NCBI RefSeq assembly: GCF_004010195.1
Contig: NW_025215381.1
Location: 1,260,906-1,300,856, forward strand
DNA: 39,951 nucleotides
Source of the DNA: Chiloscyllium plagiosum
Taxonomy: Eukaryota
Direction of reading: 5' to 3'
Part shown: positions 27,253-38,544 of the stretch, piece after piece
How the letters are laid out: every line of letters starts with the position of its first letter
How positions within the stretch are numbered: position 1 is the first letter of the stretch
Made by a program: the position numbers and the translations under genes
Notes under the pieces: model-generated
The model's input: only the letters and a program-made list of their open reading frames with translations
What the model was told of the DNA's origin: nothing
The model's database searches: none

Positions 27253-28750
27253 TTTATTTAATGAAACTGTCTCCGCTGCTTCATTGGGCAGAGAATTCCA
27301 TAGACTCTCTACTCTCTGGGAAAAGCAGTTTCTCCTCATCTCTTCCTAAATCTACTCCCTAATCTTGAGGCCATGTCCCCTAGTCCTAGTCTCACCCACC
27401 AGCAGAAACAACTTGCCTGCCTCCATCTTATCTATTCCTTCCAAAATTTTGTATGTTTCTATAAGCTCCCCTCTTCATTAGATAAGCACTTTGGCAAGAG
27501 TGATCACAATTCAGTTATGTTTACTTTAGCGATGGAAAGGGATAGACATATACTGCAGGGCAAGAGTTAGAGCTGGGGGAAAGGCAATTATGATGTGATT
27601 AGGCAAGATTTAGGATGCATAAGATGGGGAAGGAAACTGCAGGGGCTGGACACAATTGAAATGTGGAGCTTATTCAAGGAACAAGTACTGCGTGTCCTTG
27701 ATAAGTATGTACTTGTCAGACAGGGAGGACATTCTCAAGCGAGGGAGCCGTGGTTTACGAAAGTATTTGAAGCTCTTGGCAAGAGGAAGAAGAAGGCTGA
27801 TGTTAGGATGAGACGTGAAGGCTGAGTTAGGGTGCTTGAGAGTTACAGGTTAGCCAGGAAAGACCTAAAGAGAGAGCTCAGAAGAGCAAGGAGGGTACAC
27901 AAGAAGTCGTTGGCAGATAGGATCAAGGAAAACCCTGAAGCTTTCTATAGGTTTGTCAGGAATAAAAGAAAGACGAGAGTAAAGTTAGGGCCAATCAAAG
28001 ATAGTAATGGGAAGTTGTGCGTGGAGTCCGAGGAGATGGGGAGGCACAAAATGAATACTTTGTCTTTTTTCCAGTGCGATACTGATACAATGTTGTTGAG
28101 AACACTGAGATACAGGTGACTAGAATAGATGGGATTGAGGTTCACAAGGAGGAGGTGTTAGCAATTCTGGAATGTGTGAAAATAGTTAAGTTCCCTGGGC
28201 CAGATGGGATTTATCCTAGGATTCTCTGAGAAGCCAGGGAGAAGATTGCAGAACCTTTGGCTTTGATCTTTGTCGTCATTGTCGAAAAGAATAGTGCCAG
28301 AAGACTGGTAGATAGCAAATGATGTCCCCTTGTTCAAGAAAGGGAGTAGAGACAACCCTGGTAATTATAGACCAGTGAGCCTTACTTTGATTATGGGTAA
28401 AGTGTTGGAAAAGGTTATAAGAATTTATAATCATCTAGAAAGGAATAATTTGATTAGGGATAATAGTGTGGTTTTGTGAAGAGTAGGTCGTGCCTCACAA
28501 ATCTAATTGAGTTCTTTGAGATGGTGGCCAAACAGATGGATGAGGGTAAAGTGGTTGATGTGGTGTATATGGATTTCAGTAAGGCTCTTGATAAGGTAGG
28601 CTATTGCACAAAATACAAAGGCATGGGATTGAGGGTGATTTAGCGGTTTTGATCAGAAATTGGCTAGCTAAAAGAAAGAGGGTGGTGGTTGATGGGAAAT
28701 GTTCATCCTGGAGCTCAGTTACTGGTGGGGTACCGCAAGGATCTGTTTTT

Positions 28751-29050
28751 AGATAGATTAGATTACTTACAGTGTGGAAACAGGCCCTTCGGCCCAACAA
28801 GTCCACACTGACCCGCCCCCACCCAGACCCATTCCCCTACACCTAACACTACGGGCAATTTAGCATAGCCAGTTCACCTAACCTGCACATTTTTGGACTG
28901 TGGGAGGAAACCGGAGCACCCGGAGGAAACCCACGCAGACACTGGGAGAATGTTCAAACTCCACACAGTCAGTCTCCTGAGGCGGGAATTGAAACCGGGT
29001 CTCTGGCGCTGTGAGGCAGCAGTGCTAACCACTGTGCCACCGTGCCGCCC
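28751..29050 (-). mobile_element. HE1-type SINE inserted in the CR1 RT
   Basis: Reverse complement of a full HE1 head, body and tail. Confidence 0.92.
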
Positions 29051-29102
29051 ATTTTGGGGTCACTGCTGTTTGCCTTTTTTATAAATGACCTGGATGAGGG
29101 CA

Positions 29103-29195
29103 TAGGTAAGGGCTTTTGTCCGAAATGTCAATTTTCCTGCTCCTTGGATGCTGCCTGAACTATTGTGCTTTTCCAGCACCACTCTAATCTAGAAT
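29103..29195 (+). mobile_element. Penelope-like family A fragment, 13-bp TSD
   Basis: CTGGATGAGGGCA at 29090-29102 and 29196-29208; partial core AAGGGC-tttt-GTCC-GAAATGTC. Confidence 0.78.
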
Positions 29196-30194
29196 CTGGA
29201 TGAGGGCAGAGAAGGATGGGTTAGTAAATGTGTAGATGATACTAATGTTGGTAGAGTTGTGGATAGTGCCAAAGGATGTTGAAGGTTACAGAGGAACATA
29301 GATAAGCTGCAGAGCTGAGCTGAGAGGTGGCAAATGGTGTTAAATGTGAAAAAGTGAGGTGATTCACTTTGGAAGGAGTAACAGGAATGCAGAGTACTGG
29401 GCTAATGGTAAGATTCTTGGCAGTGCAGATGAGCAGAGAGATCTGTGTCCAGGTACATAGATCCCTGAAAGTTGCCACCCAGGTTGATAGGGTTGTTAAG
29501 AAGGCATACGATGTGTTAGTTTTTATTGGTAGAGGGATTGAGTTTCAGAACCATGAGGTCATGCTGCAGCTGTACAAAACTCTAGTAAGGCCACACTTGG
29601 AGTCTTTCATACAGTTCTGGTCACCGCATTATAGGAAGGATGTGAAAGTTTTGGAGGGTACAGAGGTGACTTACTAGGATGTTGCCTGGTATGGAGGGAA
29701 GGTCTTACAAGGAAAGGTTGAGGGACTTGAGGCTGTTTTCGTTAGAGGGAAGAAGGTTAAGAAGTGACTTAGAGGCATACAAGATAATCAGAGGATTAGA
29801 TAGGGTGGACAGGGAGAGCCTTTTCCTCAGATGGTGATGGCTAGCACGAGGGGACATATCTATCACCCCTCAATTTAAAGCTATAGGACAGATGTCAGAG
29901 GTAATTTCTTTACTCAGAGAATAGTAGGGGTATGGAACGGCTTACCTGCAACAGTAGTTATCTTGCCAGCATTAAGGGCATTTAAATGGTCATTGGATAG
30001 ACATATGTATGAAAATAGAATCGTGTAGGTTAGATGGGCTTCAAATTGTTGTGCTGACCTGTGAAACTATTGAGGGCCGAAGGGCCTGTACTGCGCTGGA
30101 ATGTTCTCTGTCCTCTATGTTCTATTCTTATAAGTTCTAGCGATTACAGTCCCAGGCAGCTCTACCTCTCCTCATAGGGTAAACCCCTCCTCTC

Positions 30195-30263
30195 CAGATT
30201 AACAACCCCAATCAGGGAACTCTTAATCTACGAGGTCAACCTGGCTGACCTCATTCCAATACA
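30195..30263 (-). mobile_element. Gypsy 5' LTR, 5' part (separated from the rest by LINE insertions)
   Basis: Minus strand starts TGTattggaatgaggtcagccagg; TG...CA pairing with the end at 27133 is inferred. Confidence 0.55.
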
Positions 30264-30759
30264 ATGCTCATTTGATCCCTTTAGCTCTAAGAACTATGTC
30301 TAACTCCTCGTTTTGGCTTCAACTGCTTTCTGTGGTTGAGATGTCCACAGTCTCCCCACACTCTAGTGAAGACATTTCTCCTCATTTTGCTCTAACTGGC
30401 CTTCCCTGTGAAATTAAACTGTCATTCCCTGGTTCGGCACTGCCAGGAACATCCTGCATTCAACCTATCTAGCCCTCATAGAATTGGATAGGATTCTGAG
30501 GTTCCCCTCGCATTCTTCCAAAATCTAGTGACCATATTCCTAATCAATGTTGCCACTCTTTATACATTGGTCTGATAAATCATTTCTTCCATAGCCAGAA
30601 CATTCTTCCTCAGATAAGAAGTTGAGAACTGCATATGATACTTCAAGTGTGGTCTCACCAAGGCTGCATATATTTGCAACAAGACATTCCGAGCTGTTCT
30701 CTAATCCTCTCACTCTGAATGCTAACAAACCATTTGCCTTCTTCATCACTTACCTGTTT

Positions 30760-31405
30760 TGTTTCTACAAACCCACCAACTCCCACAGCTACCTGGATTA
30801 CACCTCTTCCCACCCTGCCTCCTGCAAAAATGCCATCCCTTATTCCCAATTCCTCCACTGCATCTGCTCCCAGGAGGACCGGTTCCACCACAGAACACAC
30901 CAGATGGACTCCTTCTTTAGAGACCACAATTTCCCCTCCCTCATGGTTGAAGATGCCCTCCAATGCATCTCATCCACGTCCCACAGCTCCACCCTCGAAC
31001 CACCCCTCCAACTGCAACATGGACAGAACCCCACACCCCGCCCCCCCAGTCCTCACCTTCCACCCCACCAACCTTCGCATAAAACANNNNNNNNNNNNNN
31101 NNNNNNNNNNNNNNNNNNNNNNNNNNNNNNNNNNNNNNNNNNNNNNNNNNNNNNNNNNNNNNNNNNNNNNNNNNNNNNNNNNNNNNNNNNNNNNNNNNNN
31201 NNNNNNNNNNNNNNNNNNNNNNNNNNNNNNNNNNNNNNNNNNNNNNNNNNNNNNNNNNNNNNNNNAGGAGCAGGAGAATTGATGTTTCGGGTACAAGCCC
31301 TTCATCAGGAATGTATCCCGATGAAGGCCTCCGGCCTGAAACGTCGATTCTCCTGCTCCTCAGATGCTGCCTGACCTGCTCTGCTTTTCCAGCACCACTC
31401 TGATC
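30760..31405 (+). mobile_element. Penelope-like retroelement: ORF fragment (RT C-terminal/linker), gap, and divergent pair of terminal repeats
   Basis: FYKPTNSHSYLDYTSSHPASCKNAIPYSQFL..ICS is the characteristic Penelope-type motif; hammerhead-like cores at about 31281-31308 (-) and 31318-31345 (+). Confidence 0.85.
31087..31265. other. Assembly gap (179 N)
   Basis: Run of N. Confidence 1.
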
Positions 31406-31557
31406 TTGTTTATTTTGAGCCACTAGTATTCAAGGACACTCGGGTCTCATTTCACTCCCCACCCCCCCACCTTTCCAATCTATTGCTATTCCGATAATAG
31501 CTGAAACTTTATTGCTGGAACAGCACAGCAGGTCAGGCAGCATCTAGGGAACAGAAG

Positions 31558-31593
31558 ATTCGACGTTTCGGGCACATGCCCTTCTTCAGGAAT
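31558..31593 (-). ncRNA. Minimal type I hammerhead ribozyme motif (mirror copy)
   Basis: Exact reverse complement of 31770-31805. Confidence 0.8.
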
Positions 31594-31769
31594 GAGCAGA
31601 GAGTGTTCAGCAGGAGAAGATAAAAGGTAGGGAGGAGGGACTTGGAGTCGGAGTAGGTCCGACCTATCACCCTCACCTTGACCTCTTTCCACCTATCACA
31701 TTTCCAACGCCCCTCCTCCAAGTCCCTCCTCCCTACCTTTTATCTTCTCCTGCTGAACACTCTCTGCTC

Positions 31770-31805
31770 ATTCCTGAAGAAGGGCATGTGCCCGAAACGT
31801 CGAAT
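31770..31805 (+). ncRNA. Minimal type I hammerhead ribozyme motif
   Basis: ATTC-CTGAAGA-A-GGGC(atgt)GCCC-GAAA-CG-TC-GAAT: stem I ATTC/GAAT, complete core, palindromic ACGT stem III, predicted cleavage after C31801. Confidence 0.8.
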
Positions 31806-32469
31806 CTTCTGTTCCCTAGATGCTGCCTGACCTGCTGTGCTGTTCCAGCAATAAAGTTTCAGCTTTGATCTCCAGCGTCTGCAGACCTCACTTTCTCCTA
31901 TTCCGATAATAACCAGCCATCCTGTTTTTGCTCCCAAATTGGATAATCCCATTGGATTATCTGTGTTATACTTCGTTTGCAATGCATTTGCTGACTTACA
32001 CAACCTGTCCAAATTAGACCGAAGCACCTCTGCATTCATCTGACAGCCCATTGTCCTACCTAGCTTTGTGTTGTCTGCAACCATGGAAACATTACACTTA
32101 GCTTCCTCATCTAATTCACTCATATACATTGTGATTAGCTGAGTTTCAAGTTTGATCCCTGCAGTACTCCACTAGTCACTGCTTGCCACTCAGAATCGGT
32201 CAATTTATTCCTACTCTATTTTTGTTCGCCAACCTTTTGTGTTTGTCCATGTTGGTACACTTGCCCTGTTCTCATTTGCTTAAATTTTACATCATAAGGT
32301 TCCACATAAAAAATTAAGAAATCCTTCTGAAAGTCCACGTAAACCACATCCACCGGTTGCCCTTTATCAATTCTCCAAATACATTTATTAAACAGGGTTT
32401 CCCATTTGCAAATCTGTGCAGATCCTGTCACTGTTTTCCAATGTTCTACCATTAGATCTTTTATAATAG

Positions 32470-32753
32470 GGTGGTGCGATGGTTCAGTGGTTAGCACTGC
32501 TGCCCCACAGCGCCAGCGACCTGGGTTCAATTCCAGCCTCAGGCAACTGTTTGTGTGGAGTTTGCACATTCTCCTCATGTCTGCGTGGGTTTCCTCCCAC
32601 AGTCCAAAAATGTACAGGTCAGGTGCATTGGCTGTGGTGTTAGGTGCATTAGTCAGAGGGAAATGCATCTGGGTGGGTTACTCTTCAGAGGGTTGGTGTG
32701 GACTTGTTGGGCCGAAGGGCGTGTTTCCACACTGTAGCGAATCTAATCTAATC
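32470..32753 (+). mobile_element. HE1-type SINE
   Basis: A and B boxes, HE1 body, aatct tail. Confidence 0.88.
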
Positions 32754-33317
32754 ATAATGAGCTCTGATGGGGGTAAAAATGCGAATGTTGGGCTAGCCAA
32801 TCTATAATTCTGATTTCTCTCTGCCTCTTTTTACTTTAGCAACCCTCCAACACATGGAGGAACTGCTCCAGAGTCTATGGAAGCTTAAAAAAAAGACTAC
32901 TCATGTACTTACTCTTTCTAGCCCACTTTCATAAGTACCCTGGGGTATAACTTATCGGACCCTGGGATTTATCGATCTTTAATCCCATCAATTTCCCCAA
33001 TATCATTTCTCCAGTAATACTAGTTTCCTTCAGTTCTTCCCTCTCATTAGATCCTTGTTCTCCAACATATTTGGAATGTTATTTTAGTTTTTTCTCCACT
33101 CATATACATTCAATTGGTCTGTCATCTTTGTTTCTCGTAACATCCACTGTTTCTGATTAAGGGGTTTACATTTATTTTAAGAAATCTTGTTGCGTACCTA
33201 TAGAAGCTTTTATGGTCAGCTTTTATGTTCCCTGCAAATTTATTCTCCTGTGTTTTATTGGAGAATGGCCAGCCTTACATGGTCTGGATCTGAGTAGCTA
33301 ATTAAAGAGAAGAATGT

Positions 33318-33505
33318 TAAAAAAATCCCACAGTACCAGGTTAGAGTCCAACAGATTTAATTGGAAGCACTAGCTCCACATCCACTTGATGAAGGAGCAG
33401 CGCTCCGAAAGCTAATGCTTCCAATTAAATCTGTTGGACTCTAACCTGGTGTTGTGGGATTTTTAACTTTGTTAATCCCAGTCCAACACCGGCATCTCCA
33501 AATCA
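33318..33505. mobile_element. Penelope-like family B inverted-pair insertion, 15-bp TSD
   Basis: TAAAGAGAAGAATGT at 33303-33317 and 33506-33520; plus-strand core tTGATGA-A-GGAGC-agc-GCTCC-GAAA-GC-TA (C3 mutated). Confidence 0.82.
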
Positions 33506-33679
33506 TAAAGAGAAGAATGTATTCTTATCAGAGGTAGTAGAAGCCAGACCTAAACAGATTGATGAGGCAAAGAATCTTGCTTGAAGTTACATCAGGGTGA
33601 CTTGGCATAACTGAATCCCACCAAGAACATAGCCCAGAACCCACATAACCCGTAGCCTGGTGTGCACTGGGCTGGAACA

Positions 33680-33945
33680 GGCAATGGCATAGTGGTAATG
33701 TCACTGTGCTAGCAATCTAGAGGTTTAGGCTAATGTTTTGCAGACATTTTGCAAACTGTATTAATAAAACTTTGTAATATATAAAGCTAGCCTTGGTGAT
33801 GGTGACATAAAACTGTGGATTGTCACCAAAGTCTACCTGGTTCACTAATGTATCTTAGGAAATGAACTCTGCTGTGACTCCAGATCCACAGCAACATGGC
33901 TGCCTCTGACCGGACCTCTGTAATGACCTGAGCAAGCTACTTAAA
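33680..33945 (+). mobile_element. tRNA-derived SINE (second family)
   Basis: tggcatagtggtaat A-box head; similar to 36335-36535. Confidence 0.55.
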
Positions 33946-34412
33946 TCATGCCTATTTCTGAGGAAAGTGGGGAAAAATATTCCTGAGCTGCTTTTCACCA
34001 CAGAATTGTTAAATTCAAATCTTCAGCCCTACTTAACTAAAGTAAGATATAAAGTAGACATGAGTCTTGCAGAGAAATGTTCTTTGTCCTAGAAAGCGAT
34101 GACAACACTGGTGATTGTTTTTAAATACGGTTGAGGCATATGGAGAGCGAGTGAGAAGATGAATCTGGAAGTTGGAACAAGCTGAATGGTCTTATTCGTG
34201 TTTTGCTTGTTGATCATCACCAGCCTTATCTTTATCATTTGGGCACAGTGCGTCTGGACTGGTCATTCAACTTGCACTACTGGTTGATTGAAATGTAGAC
34301 CAAGAATCCACAAACACCTGAAAATAAATAACACCTGACCCCCTCCTTCCTTCCTTTGTTGGCATTAGGATCTTATACCCCTCATGTGAGAAGGCAGATT
34401 GATCAGTTTAAT

Positions 34413-34631
34413 AGTTGAGTGTGTGTTGCTGGAAAAGCACAGCAGGTCAGGCAGCATCCGAGGAGCAGGAAAGTCGACGGTTGGATGGATGGTTCATTCC
34501 TGATGATGAAGGGTTCCGCCCCAAAACGTTGACTTTCCTGCTCCTCGGATGCTGCCTGACCTGCTGTGCTTTTCCAGCAACACACTCTCAACTCTGACCT
34601 CCAACATCTGCAGCCCTCACTGTCTCACTTC
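34413..34631. mobile_element. Penelope-like family A inverted-pair insertion
   Basis: Inverted arms at about 34413-34479 and 34526-34593; degenerate TSD gatcagtttaata / gatccgttcaata. Confidence 0.8.
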
Positions 34632-34817
34632 TGATCCGTTCAATATCCCAACTTAAAAGAAGTAGCTGTTGGCAGTGCTGCACGGGCACTGGGAGTGTTG
34701 GCCTGACCAATGTGCTTACGTTGCTGCAGTGGAACTTGGGTACAAAAACGTTCACAGCACAGAAAGTAGCTGTGCATCCTTTCATCATGTGCTAGCCCTT
34801 TGAGCTGTCGACCAAGA

Positions 34818-35203
34818 GGGTGGCACGTTGGCTCAGTGGTTAGCACTGCAGCCTCACAGCTCCAAGGACCCCGGTTCCATTCCAACTTCTGGCGACTCTC
34901 TGTGTGGAGTTTGCACATTCTTCCTGTGTCTGCGTGGGTTTCCTCTGGGTGCTCCAGTTTCCTCCCACAGTCCAAAGATGTGCAGGTTAGGCTGAATTGG
35001 ACATGCTAAGTTGCCCCATAGTGTTCACGGATGTGTGGGTTAGGTGAATTGGACATGCTAAATTGCCCCATAGTGTTAGATGCATAAGTCAGGGGTAAGT
35101 ATAGGGTAGGGGAATGGGTCTGCGTGGGTTACTCTTTGGAGGGTTGGTGCAGACTTATTGGGCCGAAGGGCCTGTTTCCACACTGTACGGAATCTAATCT
35201 AAT
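34818..35203 (+). mobile_element. HE1-type SINE with an internal duplication of about 50 bp
   Basis: HE1 head and body; aattggacatgctaa.ttgccccatagtgtt occurs twice. Confidence 0.88.
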
Positions 35204-35816
35204 TCGATCCACTCCCCAGCTTTTGCACCACAGTACTGAAGAATATTCCTCATCAATTTACCTGTCTAATTACCTCTTTAAAATCCCTGCGCTGTCTGAT
35301 TCATTTCCCCTCTTTCAGGTAACGCACTGTCGGTCAGAACTTATCGTGCAAGATATCTCTCTATTTATCTTGTTTCATGCTCTGGTTTGGTGGTTTTTGG
35401 GCAGTGTGTATTCTGGTTACGGACCCACGTCAGTGGAAATAGCTGCAGTGTCTCGCAACTTACTCCATCAAAACCTCTCCACTTTGAACGCCTCCGCTGA
35501 ATGTTGTCTGTGGGAAGAACAGTCTCACCCCACATCATCTCCACCTGACTGAAGTCTGTCGTTCCAGTTAAAACGAAACGCAAAGCACTCGGCAGGTTGG
35601 GGACAGTCAGTGAAAGGAGAAACCTAGTAAATGTTTCAGGTCAATGCTGGTGAAGAACCTGAAATATTGCTATGGTTGATCTTGCCACAGACTGCCTGAC
35701 CTGCTATGCATTTGCAGTGTGATATGTTTCTATTACATTATCTACAACCTCCCCACATGGGCCCTAAGTTTAGGATGAGTACTTGTGACCTGTGGTTCAG
35801 GTGAGAGGGTGTTACC

Positions 35817-35972
35817 TGCAGCATCTGAGGAGCAGGAAAATTGGCGTTTCGGGCCTGAGCCCTTCATCAGGCCTGGCAAAGGGCTCCAACCCAAAACATC
35901 GACTCTCCCGCTCCTCTCAACGCACTCTCGACTCTGATACTCCAGCGTATGCAGACCTCACTGTCTCCCTCC
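35817..35972. mobile_element. Penelope-like family A inverted-pair remnant
   Basis: Minus core CTGATGA-A-GGGC-tcag-GCCC-GAAA-CG-CC followed by a decayed plus-strand copy. Confidence 0.72.
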
Positions 35973-36156
35973 TGATCAGTTTAATATCCCAACTGAAAGG
36001 CAGCAGCTGTTGGCAGTCCTGACCAATGTGCTTACGATGCAGCAGTGAGAGTGGAGCGAGACACCGAACGTTCCTGAATTGTCACTCTCCAACAACACCT
36101 GGGCGATTTGGCTCTTTTTTATTTGGTTTCCGCTGCGGTGTCTCCACCCTGTTTAC

Positions 36157-36219
36157 CTTTAGACTATTTTTCGACATGTGCGTACATGTGCATCTCATCA
36201 GCAAATGTCTCCTCTTATC
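36157..36219 (-). CDS. Candidate exon D of an unidentified minus-strand gene (63 nt; alternatively terminal, reading to TGA at 36082)
   Basis: tctcaacttcttcag| acceptor; DKRRHLLMRCTCTHMSKNSLK in phase 0; AAG|gtaaac donor. Confidence 0.45.
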
Positions 36220-36334
36220 CTGAAGAAGTTGAGATCTGCTGCAGCCTGATCCCGTAGCAGCCAGTCACTGTCTGATAGCTGCATCCCTCATTAACTATGG
36301 AGGCCTGCTGCTGACTGGTAATGCATCAGCAGGA

Positions 36335-36535
36335 TGATGGCCTAGTGTTGATCATTAGGCTATTAATCCTGGGAGTCTGGGTTCAAATCCCCGCACGACT
36401 GATGGGAATTTGAATTCAGTAAAGATCTGTGATTAAGAGTCTAATGACGACTGAAAAACTCACCTTGTTCATACCCTTCCTTTAGTGAAGGGAATCGACC
36501 ATCCTTACCTGGTCCAGTCTTCACGTGGCTCCAGG
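36335..36535 (+). mobile_element. tRNA-derived SINE (second family)
   Basis: tggcctagtg A-box and gggttcaaatccc B-box. Confidence 0.6.
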
Positions 36536-36651
36536 CAATCACTGGCCAGCCATCTCCTGGTGAATTAATTTTATTTTTGATTTTTTTCGTTGATCTGGAA
36601 TGGGAGTCACTCACCTGATTACCCTGTGTGTCCCTCATTCCTCACACCCAC

Positions 36652-36763
36652 CTTGGAACGCTGTCCATGCAAAGTGCTGAGCTGGCCATGGTGGCTACAA
36701 TAATGCATTGCAGATTCAGCTGCCATGGCCATGGGGTTGAGGTAAGGTCGAGGGATGATCATC
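36652..36763 (-). CDS. Candidate exon C of an unidentified minus-strand gene (112 nt)
   Basis: Strong acceptor ccttctcacctccctcccccctgcctcag|; only the phase-2 frame is open (E-MIIPRPYLNPMAMAAESAMHYCSHHGQLSTLHGQRSK). AAG|gtgggt donor, phase 0. Confidence 0.55.
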
Positions 36764-36974
36764 CTGAGGCAGGGGGGAGGGAGGTGAGAAGGTTTCAAGG
36801 GTATTCATCCAGAATCTTCCATCCAGCCATCCTTCGGGTGGATGGAGTCCACTGTTGGTGCGTACCAAGGGAGGCACAGCAGGCTAAACTTGTGCACAGC
36901 AAGATCCCACATGCAATGAGACAAACAACTGGATATTCCATTTTTAATTCTGAACTATACAGTAAACAGAAGAG

Positions 36975-37630
36975 CATGGGAGTTCAAGTCCATTGTACCC
37001 TGAAGGTTGCTGCACAGGTGGATAGAGTGGTCAAGAAGGCATATAGTATTCATTGGACAGGGTATTGTGTATAAGAGTTGGCAGGTCATGTTAAAATTGT
37101 ACAAGACATTGGTTCGGCCCCATTTACTGTGTACAGTTCTGGGCGCTACATTACCAAAAGGATGTGGACGCTTTGGAGAGGGTGCAGAGAAGCTTTACGA
37201 GGATGTTGCCTGGTATGGAAGGTGCTAGCTATGAAGAGAGGTTGAGTAGATTAGGATTGTTTTCATTAAGAAAATGAGATTGAGGGGGGACCTGATAGAG
37301 GTTTACAAAATCATGAAGGGAATAGACAGGGTGGATAGAGAGAAGCTTTTTCCCAGGATTCAATAACAAGAGAGATGAAAAGTTTAAGGGGGATACACGT
37401 GACAAGTACTTTACACAGAGGGTGGTGGGAGTCTGGAACATGTTGCCAGCAGAGGTGGTAGAGGCAGGCACGGTAGATTTATTTACGATGCGTCTGGACA
37501 GATGCAGGAGTAGGTGGGGAGCAGAGGGATACAGATACTTAGGAATTGGTTTAGACAGTGAATTTGGATCGGCTCAGGCTTGGAGGGCCGAATGGCCTGT
37601 TCCTGGGCTACAAATTTTCTTTGTTCTTCT
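36975..37630 (+). mobile_element. CR1-type LINE 3' fragment
   Basis: GVQVHCTLKVAAQVDRVVKKAY and LYKTLVRPHL; closely similar to 12260-12740. Confidence 0.9.
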
Positions 37631-38003
37631 TTTGTTGTTTAAAGTCTCATCATTTCAAAGAGCAGTCACTGTTATAATGAAGGTCATATTTCCCACCTCT
37701 TGATTACTTTTTTTTAAGAGACAGAAGGGAAGGCTGTCATTTAAGGTTATTTCTCTCTGACCCTGAATTCTCTCCTGAAAACAGGGGGCTGAAATTATGA
37801 ACAGCCGTCAACCTTACAGGGACTAAACATAGCGATTGTCTTCCAGCTGCCCCGCAGCTCCTGCATCTCCACCTGGGTGTGAGGAAACGGCCAACGAAGG
37901 GAGAAATCTCAACTCTTTGGTACAGTAATGACCAATTCTGTGTGACCTTCACAACATAGCGACATCTCCGCCACTAGAAACTGTACTTCAGCAATCTGCT
38001 CAC

Positions 38004-38239
38004 TCGCCTTGTCCCAGAAACAGCCGACAGCAGCAGCTGTACTGAAATGTCTGACCTGCTAACAATCTCTCTCTGAGTGGGTAGCGGCCCACTCCCTCCG
38101 GTTTCAGCATTTTCGAAAGCCTCAACTGATGTGTTTCCTGTTCCTCAGTTGACCACAACTTCCTTCTCAGTTGCCTTAGTGTCACCACCACAGCGTCGGA
38201 GGCCAGGTCTCCTCCCCACACTCCCCGGCTATGCTGCAC
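38004..38239 (-). CDS. Candidate exon B of an unidentified minus-strand gene (236 nt)
   Basis: Minus strand cccttcccatcaccttcttcatatcatcaccaag| acceptor; only phase 0 is open (VQHSRGVWGG...SCCCRLFLGQG). GA|gtgagc donor, phase 2. Confidence 0.55.
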
Positions 38240-38544
38240 CTTGGTGATGATATGAAGAAGGTGATGGGAAGGGCCTGGGTAATGCCTGGCATCTCACGTC
38301 CTGTACGAGGGGTAGAGGTGCCAAGGCATGCAACACAATGGGCCAAGTGGTGGAAGATTAGATTGGAACAGTTCGGTGGCTGTTTTTAACTGGCAAGGAT
38401 GGTTGGACTGGAGGACGTTTTCTCTATGCATAGAACTCTATGACAATACCCACTCAGTACCCAGCCCTGAGTCTGGTCTCTGTGTGACTTGGAAGGTTGT
38501 AGATTTGAATCCCCACTCCAGGGACCTGAGCACATAAAATCCAC

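Larger units (their letters stand above)
27480..30125 (+). mobile_element. Long CR1-type LINE (endonuclease end, RT, 3' UTR), containing SINE and Penelope-like insertions
   Basis: HFGKSDHNSV, PWFTK, IKENPEAFYRFV, NYRPVSLT, YMDFSKA, GVPQGSV, LYKTLVRPHLE..QFWSPHYRKD. Confidence 0.93.
31500..31897. mobile_element. Very young Penelope-like inverted insertion: perfect 149-bp inverted repeat, 14-bp TSD
   Basis: Arms 31499-31647 and 31716-31864 are exact reverse complements; CTATTCCGATAATA at 31486-31499 and 31898-31911. Confidence 0.92.
30265..33250 (-). mobile_element. Old CR1-type LINE, fragmented by Penelope-like and SINE insertions
   Basis: Minus remnants KKANGLLAF, VSMVADNTKLG and VDVVYVDFQK. 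Confidence 0.7.

Noticed and set aside
30622..31423. Long ORFs spanning 31087-31265
   Set aside because: Lengths are artefacts of translating through the N gap.
36795..36977. Signal-peptide-like minus ORF (MEYPVVCLIACGILL...)
   Set aside because: Appears to derive from a decayed SINE segment and lies in the predicted intron.
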